64,000 bases of DNA, from assembly GCF_018350175.1 (NCBI RefSeq), contig NC_058368.1, positions 39,000,001 through 39,064,000 on the forward strand, written 5' to 3'. This DNA is from Felis catus. Taxonomy: Eukaryota. Below are positions 50,267 through 64,000 of this stretch, piece after piece (positions within the stretch are counted from its first letter, which is position 1; each line of letters begins with the position of its first letter). Position numbers and translations under genes: made by a program. Under the pieces are notes generated by a model. It was not told the DNA's origin, did not search any database, and worked only from the letters and a program-made list of their open reading frames with translations.

Positions 50267-51415
50267 TGAGCAGGGGAGGGGCAGAGAGAGGGAGAGACAC
50301 AGAATCCAAAGCAGGCTTCAGGCTCCGAGCCGTCAGCACAGAGCCTGACACGGGGCTCGAATTCACAAACTGTGAGATCATGATCTGAGCTGAAGTCGGA
50401 CGCCCAACCAACTGAGCCACCCAGGCGCCCCTCAACAAGAAATGATAAACTGGACTTCCAAATTCAAACTTTTTCTGTGCTTTAGAAGACATGATCAAGA
50501 AAGAAAAAAGGCAATTCATGATGGCAAATGATATTTGCAAATTATATTTGATAAGGGTCTAGTATCTATGAAGTATAAAATAATTTTTATAACTCAAAAT
50601 TAAAAAGACAAATTATATAATTTTAAAATTGGGCAGAAGATTTCAAATAGACATTTCACCAAGGAAGATACCTAGATTATTGATAAATATATCAAAAGCT
50701 ACCCACCGTTGCTCACTTGTTATTAGGGAAATCTAACTGCAATAATATATCACTTCAGACACACTAAGATGGCTATAATATTAAAAACCTGTAGACAATA
50801 ACAAGTATTTTTGAGAATGTGGAGAAACTGATACTCTCATACATCGCTGGTAGGAATGTCAAATGGTGCAGCTCCTTTGGAAAAACTGTTGGGCAGTTCT
50901 CAAAATAATAAGCTTAGAGTTACCATATAATCCTACAATTCTGCTTCTACATACTTATTCAAGATAATTGAAAACATGCTGTCCCAGTAATTTTATATGA
51001 ATACTCACAGCAGCATTGGTCTTATAACTGAAAACTGAAAAAAAAACCAATGTCCATCAACAGATGAATATATAAATCATATGTTGTATCCATAGGATGA
51101 CGTATTCTTCAGTCATAGAAAGGAATGAAATGCTGATAGATGCTACACTACAAATGAATCCCAAAACTTTATGCTAAGTGAGAAAAGCAGACACAAATGG
51201 TGCACAGATTAGCAGTTGCCAAGGGCCAGAAGAAGGGATAATGGGGAGTGAATGCTGAGTAAAACATTTTTTGGTGTGAGGAAAATGTTCTGATTATGGT
51301 TGCACAAATATTGTGAAAATACTAAATGTTCCAAAATTACTGAAGCCAACTGAATTGTATATTTTTAAAAGGGTGAATTTTATAGTATGTGAATTCTATC
51401 CTAATTTTTAAATCT
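50030..51415 (+). mobile_element. Old LINE-1 (L1MB-like) ORF2 end plus 3'UTR
   Basis: AGCTAAAACTATAAATCTCTTAATAGAAAAC...CTGAATTGTATATTTTTAAAAGGGTGAATTTTATAGTATGTGAATT. Confidence 0.85.
50182..50431 (-). mobile_element. Can-SINE
   Basis: TSD AACAAGAAATGATAAA at 50166-50181 / 50434-50449. Confidence 0.96.
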
Positions 51416-51710
51416 TGGAAATACATATTGAATTATATGGTGTGCGCGTGTGTGTGTATTACCTGCAATCTCTTGATTTACATTTGGAATTAGTTTACCT
51501 ACATGTGTTGTGAAGTTGTGGAAATTAGTGAGAATTCAAAGTGAAATATAAAGAAAAAGCTTAGAGATTCAAGGTATGGACTTTGGGGAAGGTTCATATC
51601 TTTTAGGGAAAAGAAAAGAAGCAAGGAACCTGCCACTGAGAATCCCTAGGTTAAGGATATTAGGAGCATCATAGGTAGACTAGAGTTTTCATTCACTTTC
51701 AAATTTACTT

Positions 51711-51917
51711 TTATTATTATTATTATTTTTAAATGTTTTTATTTTTGAGAGAAAGAGAGTGCACAGTGGAGGGACAGAGAGACAGGGAGTCAGAGGTTCT
51801 GAAGTAGGCTCTGCCCTGACAGCAGGGCACCCACTGCGGGGCTCAAACTCATAAACAGTGAGATCTTGCCCTGAGCTGACGTCCAATGCTCAACTGATGG
51901 AGCCATCCAGCCGCCCC
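51711..51917 (-). mobile_element. Can-SINE (diverged)
   Basis: Degenerate head; flanking ATTTACTTTTA. Confidence 0.88.
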
Positions 51918-54316
51918 TCACATTTACTTTTAAAAAGAGTGTAATTTTAAATACAGATGTCAGGGGAGGTGTCACTAGAAATACACATTTGAATAAATTC
52001 CTAGAGGTCATGATGGGGGGAGACAGTTGGTTTTGGAAGGAAAGGTATTGGAACAGGGATAGAAATGCTTTGAGGCAGGAGCATGCCTCTAATATAGGAA
52101 TTTGGAATTAAAAGCAGATTCTGTTTTTACAAACTAGTATTAATGTGAAGAATATTAATTATTCTTTAAAGTACTACTTATACTTCCTATTCCTGCAGTT
52201 TGGGATGCGTATATCATCAGATACACCTTTTTCAGTGGACATAATTTTTTGAAGAAATGTGAAGATTACCATATGAAATTTTACATAGAGTCAGGTATGT
52301 TTAATTCTCACATAATCAGTTTTTCTAAGAGTTAATGATTGTTGAATGCCTGGGTATTTTTTCATAGGTTTTTCTCATAGGTTTTCTCCCTCAGCATGTT
52401 CCTTGTCTGTCGGTCTGTATCTCTCTTCTGAGAGAGGAGTGAAAAGTACTTTGTGTTATAAACCTTGCTCTCTGTGTCTACACTACAGTCATGGTATTTG
52501 GATTTATAATTTACCTTGTCATCAAATAATAGGATTACACAATATGATTTAAAAACGAGCATCATTTATATATTTATACTGGAATGTAAGCAGTTCATAA
52601 TATGTTAATTAAATGTGTTACATTAGTAATTTTATTAATCCAAACAGCATATTTTTGTCTGTGCTTGCATCCTTCATGATTCAGTGTAACTTAATATTAA
52701 AAACCATGATAAGAATAGAAGGATAATGCTATTTTCATCCATTATTTCTCCTCTGGTGTTCAATAATAACAACACTAAGCCCCCACAATTGTGACAGCTA
52801 TAAAAGGATGTGGTTAGCTTATCTCTAGCAAGCTGCAAAGGTAAACATGGTAAAGTAATTTGCTATCATGGAATGGTTTTTAAGTCATTTGCTTTTATAT
52901 GTAAAATTAATTAAATAAGCAAGATTGAAAGTTGACACGCTGAAGATTTTATTCATTTTGCCTAATGTAGCATATTACTCCTATCTGACAAAGAATACTC
53001 AGTTGTAATTTTCCTTTTATTTTCTTCTCTTAAAATATCTAAAAATTTAGTTAACAATATCCAACGTTATATGGAAATGTTCATTTTCCTAGCAATGTGT
53101 TTTGTACACAGATCAGATATTTTTGCACAGCATATAAAACACAAGTCTGTCATAACTAAACTGGAAAGATTTTTCTATGATAAAACACACTATGTGCAGT
53201 TTGTATTTTTGCAGACGTTTGACAATAAAAATGAATTTAGTTGTAAGACATAAATAGCTTTCATAAGAACCTCAAAGGTGCTCTTGGAGCAAGAGACGAA
53301 AAATAATTTTCTTGACAGGTGTTCTAATGATATCTGTACTGGAAAAAATAGTTTATTCATATATCATTATTTTGTCCTGTTTATGATAATAAATACAATT
53401 AGCATGGGATATCACAACTAATTATGCAATTTGAAGGAAACATAATTTAGTATTTTTTATTGTGAAAACATTTCGACTGCTTGAGTGCTATTTTGTAGAA
53501 AATTTGGGACTTTTGCTGATAAAATGATTAGTTGTTGAAAGCATGTTATGTATTAGCTCATAATAAGGATGAATTTCCCTATAAGAACTATCATATTACC
53601 TTATAGATTTATGTGTTTTGTTTTTGATCATTTATAAACATCCTTATGGCTATTTATTCAGGTCCCAACAGCTTAATGAATGGCAATTAATAGATATGTA
53701 GAGGGAAACATATGCTTAATTAGTAGAAAAAAATCTAAAAAATAACAAAAAACTTTACAATTACCAGGAGATACTATTTTAGTTAGCTCTTTTTTGTTCA
53801 GAGAGCTCTTTTAAATTAGAGAGGCGAGGGGGGGAACTTATTTTACCAGAAAATTGGTATAGAAATCTGAAATTCATTTATATGAGTTTTTAAAATAGTA
53901 GGTTTATTTTAAGCATTTAATATCCACCAAAATGGAAAGGTCATATAAGTAAACTTTCGGAGTCCTAGCCTTTTAATAATATCACAGTGCTAATTTTATT
54001 TTTAACTTGCTTTGCATTGCCACTAGGTGGAACCAATAAACTTTATAATTTCTATTAATGCATTTTTGTCCTATATGTATATACAGTACTTACAAACTCT
54101 TCAACTAAAAATCCTGGAAATAGTTCAACACCTAAACTATTAATTCTATGAATGTGCCCTTAACTGTGAATGGGCATTAAAAATTGTGTAAGAACAACAC
54201 AGCAATACCATGGGCAAACACTAGTATAAAAACAAACAAAATGTCATCAACAACAAATCTGAGTAGTTTAAATATATCAAGAGAGAATATTCAGTTTTTA
54301 AGCAATCAGGAGGAAA

Positions 54317-54505
54317 GGGGCACCTGGGTGGCTCAGTCAGTTGGTTGTCCGGCTTCTGCTCAGGTCATGATCTCATGGTTTGTGAGTTCGAGCCCCTGCG
54401 TTGGGCTCTTTGCTGACAGCTCAGAGCCTGGAGCCCGTTTCGGATTCTGTGTCTCCCTCTTTCGCTGCTCCTCCTCTGCTCGTGCTCTGTCTCTCTGTCT
54501 CTCTG

Positions 54506-54536
<31 letters not shown>

Positions 54537-54573
54537 GTCTCTTTCTCTCTCAAAAATAAATAAACATTAAAAA
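54317..54573 (+). mobile_element. Can-SINE
   Basis: TSD CAATCAGGAGGAAAG. Confidence 0.96.
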
Positions 54574-54953
54574 CAATCAGGAGGAAAGATAAAACATAAT
54601 CAGAAACTGTACTAATATATTTGGTGATAAATATTGAATTGTGTCTTGGTAGAAATCTATTAAATGAATCAAAATAGATGTATAGTAATTTTTCAATTGT
54701 TGATTTTTATTGGGAACCATTAAATCAGAAATCAAGCCTATTTTAAATGGCTCCATATAAAAATTATTGCTATTGACCAGTAATAATCAACTAATTGGTA
54801 TTTTGTGCTTGTGTTGATACTGTTTCTCAAATTATTATTTTTTTTTTTTCTGGATCTTTAGACAGGAATAAAAGAGCTGTTAAGAAATAGAAAATACATG
54901 GTGATACACATAATAAACTTTTTCTGTCTTCATTTAGAGGGTTGATTTTTTTC

Positions 54954-55169
54954 TTTTTTTTTTTTCAACGTTTATTTATTTTTTTTGGGACAGAGAGAGA
55001 CAGAGCATGAACGGGGGAGGGGCAGAGAGAGAGAGACACAGAACCGGAAGCAGGCTCCAGGCTCCGAGCCATCAGCCCAGAGCCCGACGCGGGGCACGAA
55101 CTCACGGACCGCGAGATTGTGACCTGGCTGAAGTCCGACGCTTAACTGACTGCGCCACCCAGGCGCCCC
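54954..55169 (-). mobile_element. Young felid SINEC_Fc
   Basis: TSD AGGGTTGATTTTTTTC at ~54938 / ~55171. Confidence 0.96.
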
Positions 55170-55614
55170 AAGGGTTGATTTTTTTCAGTACATCCAGATC
55201 TTGGCATTGGAAAACCTTATTTATGCTCAGTTAAAAAATTTTAAAAAAAGGAATAAGAGGACTGATAGGATAGTTGTAGAGTAACATTGTTGTACTTTTA
55301 TAACTTCAATTTGCAAGTCCGGAAATTGAGACTTAAAAAGTTTAGTGGCTTTTCCAAAGACAGCTAGTGTTTAGAGCTAGTTTCCGATCTAAGATACCAG
55401 CCCTTAGTCCCTATACAAAGGGTATGGAGTACACAGGGCACATGTAAAACAGTTAACCTTAAAAAACAAGCATAGAACATCAAAAGCCTTGAATGTTGTG
55501 TGAAGATGTTTCCTATTGTTGATGGTAATTGTAGCCACTGTAATTAATACGATGGCATATTAAGAGCTTGAAGATTGGAACAGAAGAAAGCCAAGGATAT
55601 TTGGAAAAAAAATC

Positions 55615-55745
55615 TGTATTCATTTACTAGGGCTCCATAACAGGGTACCACAAGCTAGATGGCTTAACACAACAGAAATTTGTATCTCACAGTTCTGAAA
55701 AATAGAAATCTGCAGTCAACTTGTCAGTAGGGCCATACTCTCATT
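55615..55745 (-). mobile_element. MLT1 LTR fragment
   Basis: TGTATTCATTTACTAGGGCTCCATAACAGGGTACCACAAGCTAGATGGCTTAACACAACAGAAATTT. Confidence 0.8.
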
Positions 55746-57799
55746 AAATAAAGTGTTAAGGAACTATTATTCTGTATGCATCTAATGGAAGGATCTGCTA
55801 AAAGATGAAGATTTGATAAAATTTGTCAGATGCCACAGATATTTAAGTAAGAGTAGACCTAAAGTCATTCTGTTAAATTTAGCTGAAAGGAAGTTGATGA
55901 TTTTGACAAAAGTTGTTTTAAAGAGCAGAATAGGTCTAATAGAATTAATTTTTGTTGAATATTATATGGGATATTTTCTCAGGAATCTTGAATTTACATG
56001 GAAGACAGTATTGTTGTTGCTTATGATGTGAAAGATGTATGCAAGGTTAAACTATATGGTGAGAAAAAGGAGTAGAGAATGTTTTTGTATATGTTAGCTA
56101 TTAATGGGAAAACTCATTAAGTGAGGTTCCTGAGATGATAGGAGGACATTTGAGTCAAAACGCAATTCAATTGATTTATCTTTCATAGAGTCTAGAGAAT
56201 ATGAGAAGGATGTTAGCCCGTTCAGATGTTCTAAAGCTATAGTGAACTTTCGTATAATTTATAATGATTGTTTTTTTAGAAGTGAACGGTGAAATCAATT
56301 TTTGAATGGCAGTGGATCTTGGAAAGGAGATGATTGAGGAAAGTGTTGAAGGCTTGAATGATTACTGCACAAAATAAAGGAGATGACTAGAGAAATATAG
56401 TATGATTGTTTTAAGTGTCCACTGATAGTTAGCTAGTTATTTACAAAGATTACAGTCACACTCAGCAGCACAAATATGGATTGGAAAAGTCACAAAATTA
56501 GAATGATGACAGTTTGGGCTTGAGGGTAATTATGTAGCTGATTAGAGTGTTGTGGAAGACAGAAGTAAATAATAAGGGCTGATCAATGGTGAAGAGTATA
56601 AGTAATAAGGAAAAAAACAAGAGTAGAATACATAGGCTCCATAGTTAATTTATCCCATGTTGCTCTCTGAATTTTTAAAAAATCAAATTGAAACGTGTAT
56701 GTGTGCTTTAAGTCAAATATTTTTTAAATAAAATATGCAGATGTATCACAGTGACCTTTTGATTTTGTCTCAAAATGATTACCCAAAGGATTGAATCATT
56801 TCTTACCTATAGATTTAGTCTATGAAGATACTGTTTAATTCTGGGTTAAGTGAAAAAAAAAAGTTCGTATTTGGGACCTGTAGCTTTATTAAACGTGTGA
56901 GAGAATATGGAAAACATGTTTTCCTTTAAGAAATTATAATATATGAGGAAAATATTGAGTAACATTATTGAATATCTCTGGTTTGAATCAGTAATTACAA
57001 ATGTATGTCTATAATAGAGACAAGTAATGTTATGTTAGGACTCTCAAAGTTTGTAAAAATACCATGCATCAATCATAATCATAATAATGAGTTAATCCCA
57101 TGGGTTAATACTGGAAAATTTAATAGGCTTTTGATGCAAAATGTTGTTGATAGTCACAGTGTCTCCAATTCAGCTGAAAGATTTTTCTTTTCCTCCCTTT
57201 TTAATGAAAATTTCAGCAAGCTAGAAGGTGACCTCAGCACATAACATCTTATCACTGGAGGTGAAACATCAACTCTTTTAGTGAATTTTGTAGAATAAGA
57301 GGTAAACTCATTATTATCAATTGTGACCTACCTCTCCACCTAGAAACCACAGGATTAATTACAAAATCAAGATATCATTTTCAAAGTGGATTGTTCACAG
57401 GTCAAAGAGAAAAATGAAGAGGAGATACCTGCAAATGATTAAAAAATAAAATTGAAGAAATGAAAAAGAGCTAAATAAGCTTCATTAACTAGATGAAAAT
57501 AGAAAGCAGCAAAGCTTAGGCAGATCTTTTTTGGCATGGTATTTATACACCAAGCATTATTTTTAACATTTCAGAACCAGACACAAAATTTAGAACAACC
57601 GTCTTCAAATAAAATATTATTTCAGTAAGTCCTGCAGAAGTCAAAGGAAAATAAAACTTTACTCTTTATTTTTTTTTATTCTCAATCTATAAAATGTAAA
57701 TCCTTTTGGATTAACTTCATTAATTTAAAAGTACATTCTATGAAAAAATGTTGGTATTACACAGTTGAATAAAGCAGAATTATTCCTCTTTGAAGCAGC

Positions 57800-58160
57800 T
57801 ATGACTTCTAGTTTAACAAATAGTAGAAAACATAACCTAGCTCAAATAAGGAGTTATTGTGACCTGTACTGAAATTCCAGAGGTATGGCTGGCTTTAGTC
57901 CCAAATAGATTAGGATCTGGGTCCATTTCTCTTTAGTTCCTTTGACTGTATTTTCCTCTCTTCTGACTTGACCCCAGACTACTTTGCCTGATGGCAACAA
58001 AATGGCTGAGACAGTACTAGGCCTCCTGTCTGCAGAACAACAACCTGAAAGTGAAAATAAATGTCTTCAACACAGCCCCTGTTCTTCATTCTGACTGGTT
58101 CATCCTGTACCAGTCAACTATGGTAATGAGGACGGGGATCATGTAGGATATTCCATCCTA
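57800..58160 (-). mobile_element. Old MLT1/ERVL LTR remnant
   Basis: Weak recalled similarity (TGGCAACAAAATGGCTG; CCTGTACCAGTCAACTATGG). Confidence 0.45.
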
Positions 58161-61100
58161 AATCAGGAAGGTTCTCACTCGTAGAATAGGGATGGATTCA
58201 GTCCCACCAGGCATGTTTTGTCCACTGTAACAGTGGTGAGCAAATAAATGTGGACTGTGAGGCCAGCATAGATACATATTGTGAAATTCTTTCTTGGCCA
58301 TTTCAAGAAGTAGGGAATTGGCAGTAATGTTCCCGGTGCAGTGGAGAGGGGAAGATCTGCCAAAGTAGCAGGCAGTAGGAAACTATGTTGTCTCTAAAGA
58401 ATTTAAAAACACTGTTTTAACACTGTTAGGAGTTCAGTGGTATTAATTATACTCCGTGCTGTGCAACCATCATCACTATTTTGAGGGGAACCACCAGGTT
58501 TTCCACATTGGCTGTACGATTTCACATTCTTACCAGAAGTGCCTAAGGCACTTTCTTCATGTCTTCACCACACTTATTTTTTTTTCTTTTCTTTTTTTAA
58601 ATAATAGCCATCCTGATGAGTGTGAGGTGGTATCTCATTATACTTTTGACTTGCATATCTCCAGTGATCAGTGATGTTGAACATCTTCTATGGGCTTCTT
58701 AGCCATGTGTACATCTTCTTTGGAGAAATATCTATTCAAGTCGTTGTCCATTTTGAATTGAAGTGTTTATGTTATTGTTGCTTAGTTCCCTATACATTTT
58801 GGTTATTAGTCACTTGACAGATACATGATTTTCAAATACTGGCTCTTATTTTGTGTGTTTTTATTTACTCTTTTGATAGTGTCTTTTGAGGCACAAAATT
58901 TAAAATTTTCATTCTGTCTAGTTTGTCTATTTTTATTTTTTTGCTTGTGCCTTTGGTGTCAGTTCCAAAAAATTATGGCTGAATTGTTGTGAAGCTTTTG
59001 CTCTACGTTTTCTTGTAAGAATTTTATAGTTTTAGATATTATAAATGTAGGTATTTGATTGATTTTGAGTTAATTTTTTTTTATAGTGTTAAAAGTAAGG
59101 GCCTAGCATCGTTCTTTAGCAAGTAGATATCCAGTTTTCCCAGGACCATTTCTTGAAAACAACAGTCCTGTCCCAACTGAATGGTCTTGGCACTTTTATC
59201 AAAAATTATTTGATCATATATGCAAGGGTTTATTTTGGGGCTCTCTGTATTCTTTTCCATTGATATATACACTGTCTTTATGCCAGCACCACAGTGTTTT
59301 GATTACTTTAGCTTTGTGGTATATTTTGAAATCAGAAACCATGAGTTCTCTAGGTTTTTTCTTTTTAGAGATTGCTTTGGCTATTTTGGGTCCCTTTAGA
59401 AGCCATATGAATGTTGAGATAAGTTTTTCTATTTTTGCAAAACAAATTAAGATTTTGATAGGAATTGCATTGAATCTGTAGATCACTTTTGGGTAGTATT
59501 AACATCTGTACAATACTAAGTTTTCCAATCAATGAAAATGGGATGTATTTCTTTATATTTATGTGGTTTTTCAATTCTTCCATTAGTGTTTTATAGCTTT
59601 TATTTTATAAATATTTCACTTCCTTAGTGAAGATAATTCCTAAGTATTTTTTTTCTTATTGGTAAATATTGTAAGTGGAATTGTTTTGTAATTTTATTTT
59701 TAGGTTCATTGTTAGTGGATAAATGCAACTGATAATTTATGGGTTGACTTTGTATCCTGCTAATTTGCTAAATTTACTATTAGTTCTGACAGGGTTTTTG
59801 GTGGATTTTTTTTTAGGATTTTCTACAAATAAGATAGTATCATCTGCAAAAAGAGATAATTTTACTTCTTCTTTTCTAATTTAGTTTAATTTCTTTTTCT
59901 TGAATATCTACTCTGGCTAGAATTTCCTGTGGTATGTTGAATAAAAGTGGTAAGGGTAGGAATCCTTGCCTTTTTCCTGACTTCAAAGAAAAAGCTCTTA
60001 GTTTTCACCACTGACCATGATGTTTGCTGTGGGTTTTTTCATATATGGCTTTTATTATGTTGAGGCGGTTTCCTTCCATTCCTAGTTTGATGAGTGTTTT
60101 TATCATACAAAGGTATGGGGTTTTATTCAGTATTTTTTTCTGAATTTATTGAGATGATCATGTGATTTCCATCTTTTATTTTGTTAATGAGGCATAGCAC
60201 ATTAGTTGAAATGACCGATGTTTGGTATAAAGTTTGGTATAATTCACCACTGAAACCATCATACCCAGTACATTTTTTCAGGGGATTTTTGATTACTGAT
60301 TCAATTTCCTTATTAGTTGTGGATCTTTTCAGATTTTTCTACTTTGTTATTTAGTCTTGGTAGGCTTTGTGTTTTGGGGAATTTATCCAATTCATCTAGG
60401 TTATCCAATTTCTTGTCATACAAATGTTCGTAGTATTCTTTTATAATCTTTTTTTTTATTTCTGTAGAGTTGTTGGTAATGTTCCCACTTTCATTTCTGA
60501 ATTGAGTAATTTAAGTCTTTTCTCTTTTTTTAGTCAATCTAGCTAAAAGTTTGTCAATTTTGTGGCTCTTTTCAAAGAACCAACATTTGGTTTCATTGAT
60601 TTTCTTCATTGTTTTTTATTCTCTATTTTATTTATCTGTGATCTAATCTTTATTATTTCTTTCCTTCTGTTAACTTAAGGTTAATTTGTTCTCTTTCTAG
60701 CTCATTGAGTTATAAAGTTATTTTGTTGATTTGAAATGTTTATTGTTTTAAAATATAAGTGTTTATTGCTATAAATTTCCCCCTTTTTCTTTGTCCCATA
60801 AGTTTTGGTATGTCCTGTTTTAATTTTCACTAGTCTCTAAATACTTCCTAATTCCCTTTGTGATATCTTTTTGGATCTATTGGTTTTAAAGAGTGTGATG
60901 TGTAATTTCCAAATATTTGTGAATTGTTCAGTTTCTCTTCTGTTAATATATTACTGACTTCATCCCGCTGTGGTCAGAGAAGATACTTTTTCTGATATCT
61001 GTCTTTTATAAGCTATTGAGAATTACTTTGTGTCCGTTTGTATGATATATCCTGGAAAATGTCCCATGTGCAGTTGAGAATAATGTGTATCTGTTTTTGT

Positions 61101-61274
61101 GTATAGTGTTCTTTATATGCCTATTAGATATGGTTGGTTTATTGTCTTGGTTTTGTTATTTATATCTTTATCTTCTGTCTGGTCATTCTACCCATTATGG
61201 TAAATATAATATTGAAGTCTCCAACTGTTGTTGTAGAATTGTTTATTTCTCCCTTCAATTCTGTGATGTTTTGT

Positions 61275-61275
61275 G

Positions 61276-61338
<63 letters not shown>

Positions 61339-61342
61339 GTGT
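61275..61342. repeat. (TA)n(TG)n microsatellite within L1
   Basis: Direct reading. Confidence 0.93.
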
Positions 61343-61384
61343 CTCAATGGTCATCATTAGGTGTATAAGTATTTATTTATTTAT

Positions 61385-61598
61385 TAAATTTTTTTATTAA
61401 TGTTTATTTATTTTTGAGAGAGAGACAGAGTGTGAGCAGGGGAGGGGTAGAGAGAGAGGGAGACATAGAATCTGAAACAAGCTCCAGGCTCTGAGCTGTC
61501 AGCACAGAACCTGGTGCGGGGCTTCAGCCCCACGAACTGTGAGATCATGACCTGAGCTGAAGTTGGACACTTAACCGACTGAGCCACCCAGGTGTACT
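61385..61598 (-). mobile_element. Can-SINE
   Basis: SINE structure; flanking TATAA(G/A)TATTTAT. Confidence 0.94.
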
Positions 61599-64000
61599 AG
61601 ATATATAAATATTTATAATTGTTATGTCTTTCTGTATTGAACCTTTTATTAACATATAATGTCCTTTTTGTCCCTCATAACCTTTATTTAAAATTTGAAA
61701 TATATTTTGTTTGATATTAGTATAGCTACCTCTCTTCTCTTTTGGTTACTATTTGCATGGGATATCTTTTTCATGCACTTGGTTCTAAAGTGAGTCTCTT
61801 GTACACATAATATACTTGGATCATGTATTTTTATCCATTCTGCTAGTGTCAGACTTTTGATTAGAGAGTTTAATCCATTCACACTTAAAAGTAATTACTG
61901 ATTTTTATTTTGTCAAAATTACTTTTGTCATTTTTCTGTTTTCTAACTGCCTTACAGCTTTTTTTCTCTTGTTTCCTGTATTATTTTCTTCTTTTTTATT
62001 TAGTTGTTTTTTTTTTTTCTGAAGTGGAATGTTTAAATTCCTTTCTCATTTTCTTTTGTCTATATGCTATAGCTATTTTATTTGTAGTTACCATGGATAT
62101 TATGCCTAACATTTAAAAATTACCACACTGATCCCCAATATTTGGAGAAGAGAGTCCTTTTTTGCTCTTTGTGGCTCCCACAAGCTATGTGCAAGGAACT
62201 CCAGGGACACTTGTACAGCTGCCTGCCTTGTATCTAGGAGTGGAGTATGAATAGTTGTTACTGTGCATAGAGTTGAGATTGACTGAAATTAACCACAAAT
62301 TACTTTCTAAGCCTTTCCCTGGAGTTAGAAGCCTTCAGTAGACTCCAGAGTTCCATAATAGTTACATCAGCTAGGTTCTGACAGTGCAATTGTTGTCTAG
62401 GTGTGGAGACAGATCACTGGTTCTTCTTATTCTGGCATCTTCCCACAATAAATATTATTTTGATGAAAGAGTGACTTATCATACAAAGAGCAACTTCCAA
62501 AATGTGAAGGACTCAGGAACCCAATCTACCAATAACTTTAAGTGTTCCATTAGGGACTTCAGAATTAAGTAATTTGAATCTCTCTTCCTGTGCCTTAACC
62601 AAGTTATTCCTACAAAGTACCCCAAATATGATAAAGCAGGTTTGCATTTCCCAGTGGTATTTAAAAAAAACTTTCAAACTCTCATTGTGTGGAGATGTTA
62701 AAAATAAATAAATAAATAAATAAGTTGCTGGAAAACCACATCTAATAAGGCAAACTAGATTCTGATTTTCTTGCAAATTCCTTCTATTAGTTGAAGGTTA
62801 CTATGAAATGACCTGAACAGTTTTGTTAGAACATTAAATTACAATAATATAAATATATCCAACAGGGAAAGACAGGAAATATTTTCTTTAACAAAATCAG
62901 AAGACCTCTTAGTTTACAGTAAGTACATCATATAAATTTAACCTAATGATTATATTTTTATTGTTTCACTCCAGTTGTTTCCTACTTTCAGAGAGAAGTA
63001 ACACAAATTGAAAAGAATAGTTTTTATTTTAATAAATTAAAGTTATTTTAATTAGTTCAACAGTCATTTTCATTATTTTGTAATGAAAACTTTTATAGTC
63101 CATTTGCTTAATATTATAGTGGTACATATGTTTGCTTATTTGAAGTTGTTAACTCAGGGATTAATGTTAATATTCTATTGTCCAAACAAGGTAATGATAA
63201 TATCGATATTTGCTAATTACCATAAGTAATTGATGCATAAATTTAGTATCACTTGCAATTCTTAGGTATTCATAAACCTCTCATTTGTACTAATAGCACA
63301 GTTGTTTTGAAGTTCTGATGACTTAGAAAGCAATACATGGATAATTATGTATAGACTACAGCTACATTTGTAAAGATTTTATGATAATGAGATGTAACAA
63401 TATATTTCCCAAATGAAATCACTTCAATTTGAATCATATTACATATTATTATTTTCAGTGTTAATGCGTTTATACTCTATCATTTTATCTGTATATAGAA
63501 ATAGATGAACAAGAACAATATCAAGGTGAATTACATTATTATCCCATTCTCTAATAAGGTCCTATTCAATACTGAAAAAATAGAGTAGAATTTGTATTTT
63601 GGAGCTGTTTTTATAATTTTATGTTTTTATACATGCTGCTGATCCAGTTAAAATCTAGAAAATGTTCCCTTCAAAAGAAATCCAATGCTTTGTGATTGGA
63701 TTTAAAATAAATTTTTATAAGATTTCTTGAGTAGTATATTTTAAACATAATTTTAGTATAATTATTGTTTTACAACGCTAGAAATACTTTAAACTTTGTT
63801 ATTTAGCTTATGGTATGCCCCAAACAAAATGTATCTTTAAAATGTTTATTTATAATACCACATTAACCATACTAAAATGCAAGTATTATGAATCTATACA
63901 TAATCATTGTCATGTATTTTTATAGGAGACTAGTTTGAGTTACTATAAGCATCCCTCTGACAAAAAGGAAACACATGAAACTACATGTTGAAATTAAAAG

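Larger units (their letters stand above)
58410..62445 (-). mobile_element. Old LINE-1 (L1MB-like): 3' end, most of a decayed ORF2 with deletions, and a probable extreme 5' end
   Basis: ORF2 peptides MIYRFNAIPIKI...DFKIYHKAKVIKTLWCWHKD and EN start MNGLNSLIK...WIKIHDPSILCVQETHF; the minus strand begins GGGAAGATGCCAGAATAAGAAG at ~62444. Confidence 0.88.

Noticed and set aside
3889..55234. Recurrent ORFs such as MAQSVEHPTSAQVMIS... and ...GRGRERGRHRIGNRLQALS...
   Set aside because: Translations of Can-SINEs. Their tRNA-derived heads are also not functional tRNA genes.
62791..62925. Possible exon ending at CA/GTAAGT
   Set aside because: Stops in all three frames after the candidate acceptor; no other support
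1..64000. CRISPR arrays, operons or other prokaryotic-type systems
   Set aside because: The sequence is mammalian; no regularly spaced repeat-spacer array or gene-dense region is present

Overview
This is AT-rich mammalian genomic DNA, almost certainly from a felid, because it carries about 20 carnivore tRNA-derived SINEs, including cat-type SINEC_Fc copies. I found no supportable intact protein-coding gene: the ORFs in the track are SINE, L1, microsatellite or pseudogene artefacts. The window opens with a degenerate processed pseudogene of SET (TAF-I beta isoform) on the minus strand. It has a dead start codon, a microsatellite expansion inside the CDS, a deleted acidic tail and a surprisingly CpG-rich 5' end. 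The rest is a mosaic of old and young L1 pieces (one apparently nested L1-in-L1 block), solo ERV/MaLR LTRs, hAT MITEs (MER5A, MER58A, MER33), MIRs and microsatellites. The most distinctive small feature is a 33-nt tailless U2 snRNA 5' retrocopy with a perfect target-site duplication (TSD) at 7764-7796. I did not find convincing evidence of a new biological system; the best leads are listed as findings. Repeat subfamily names come from recalled consensus similarity, not from a search, and boundaries of old repeats are approximate.
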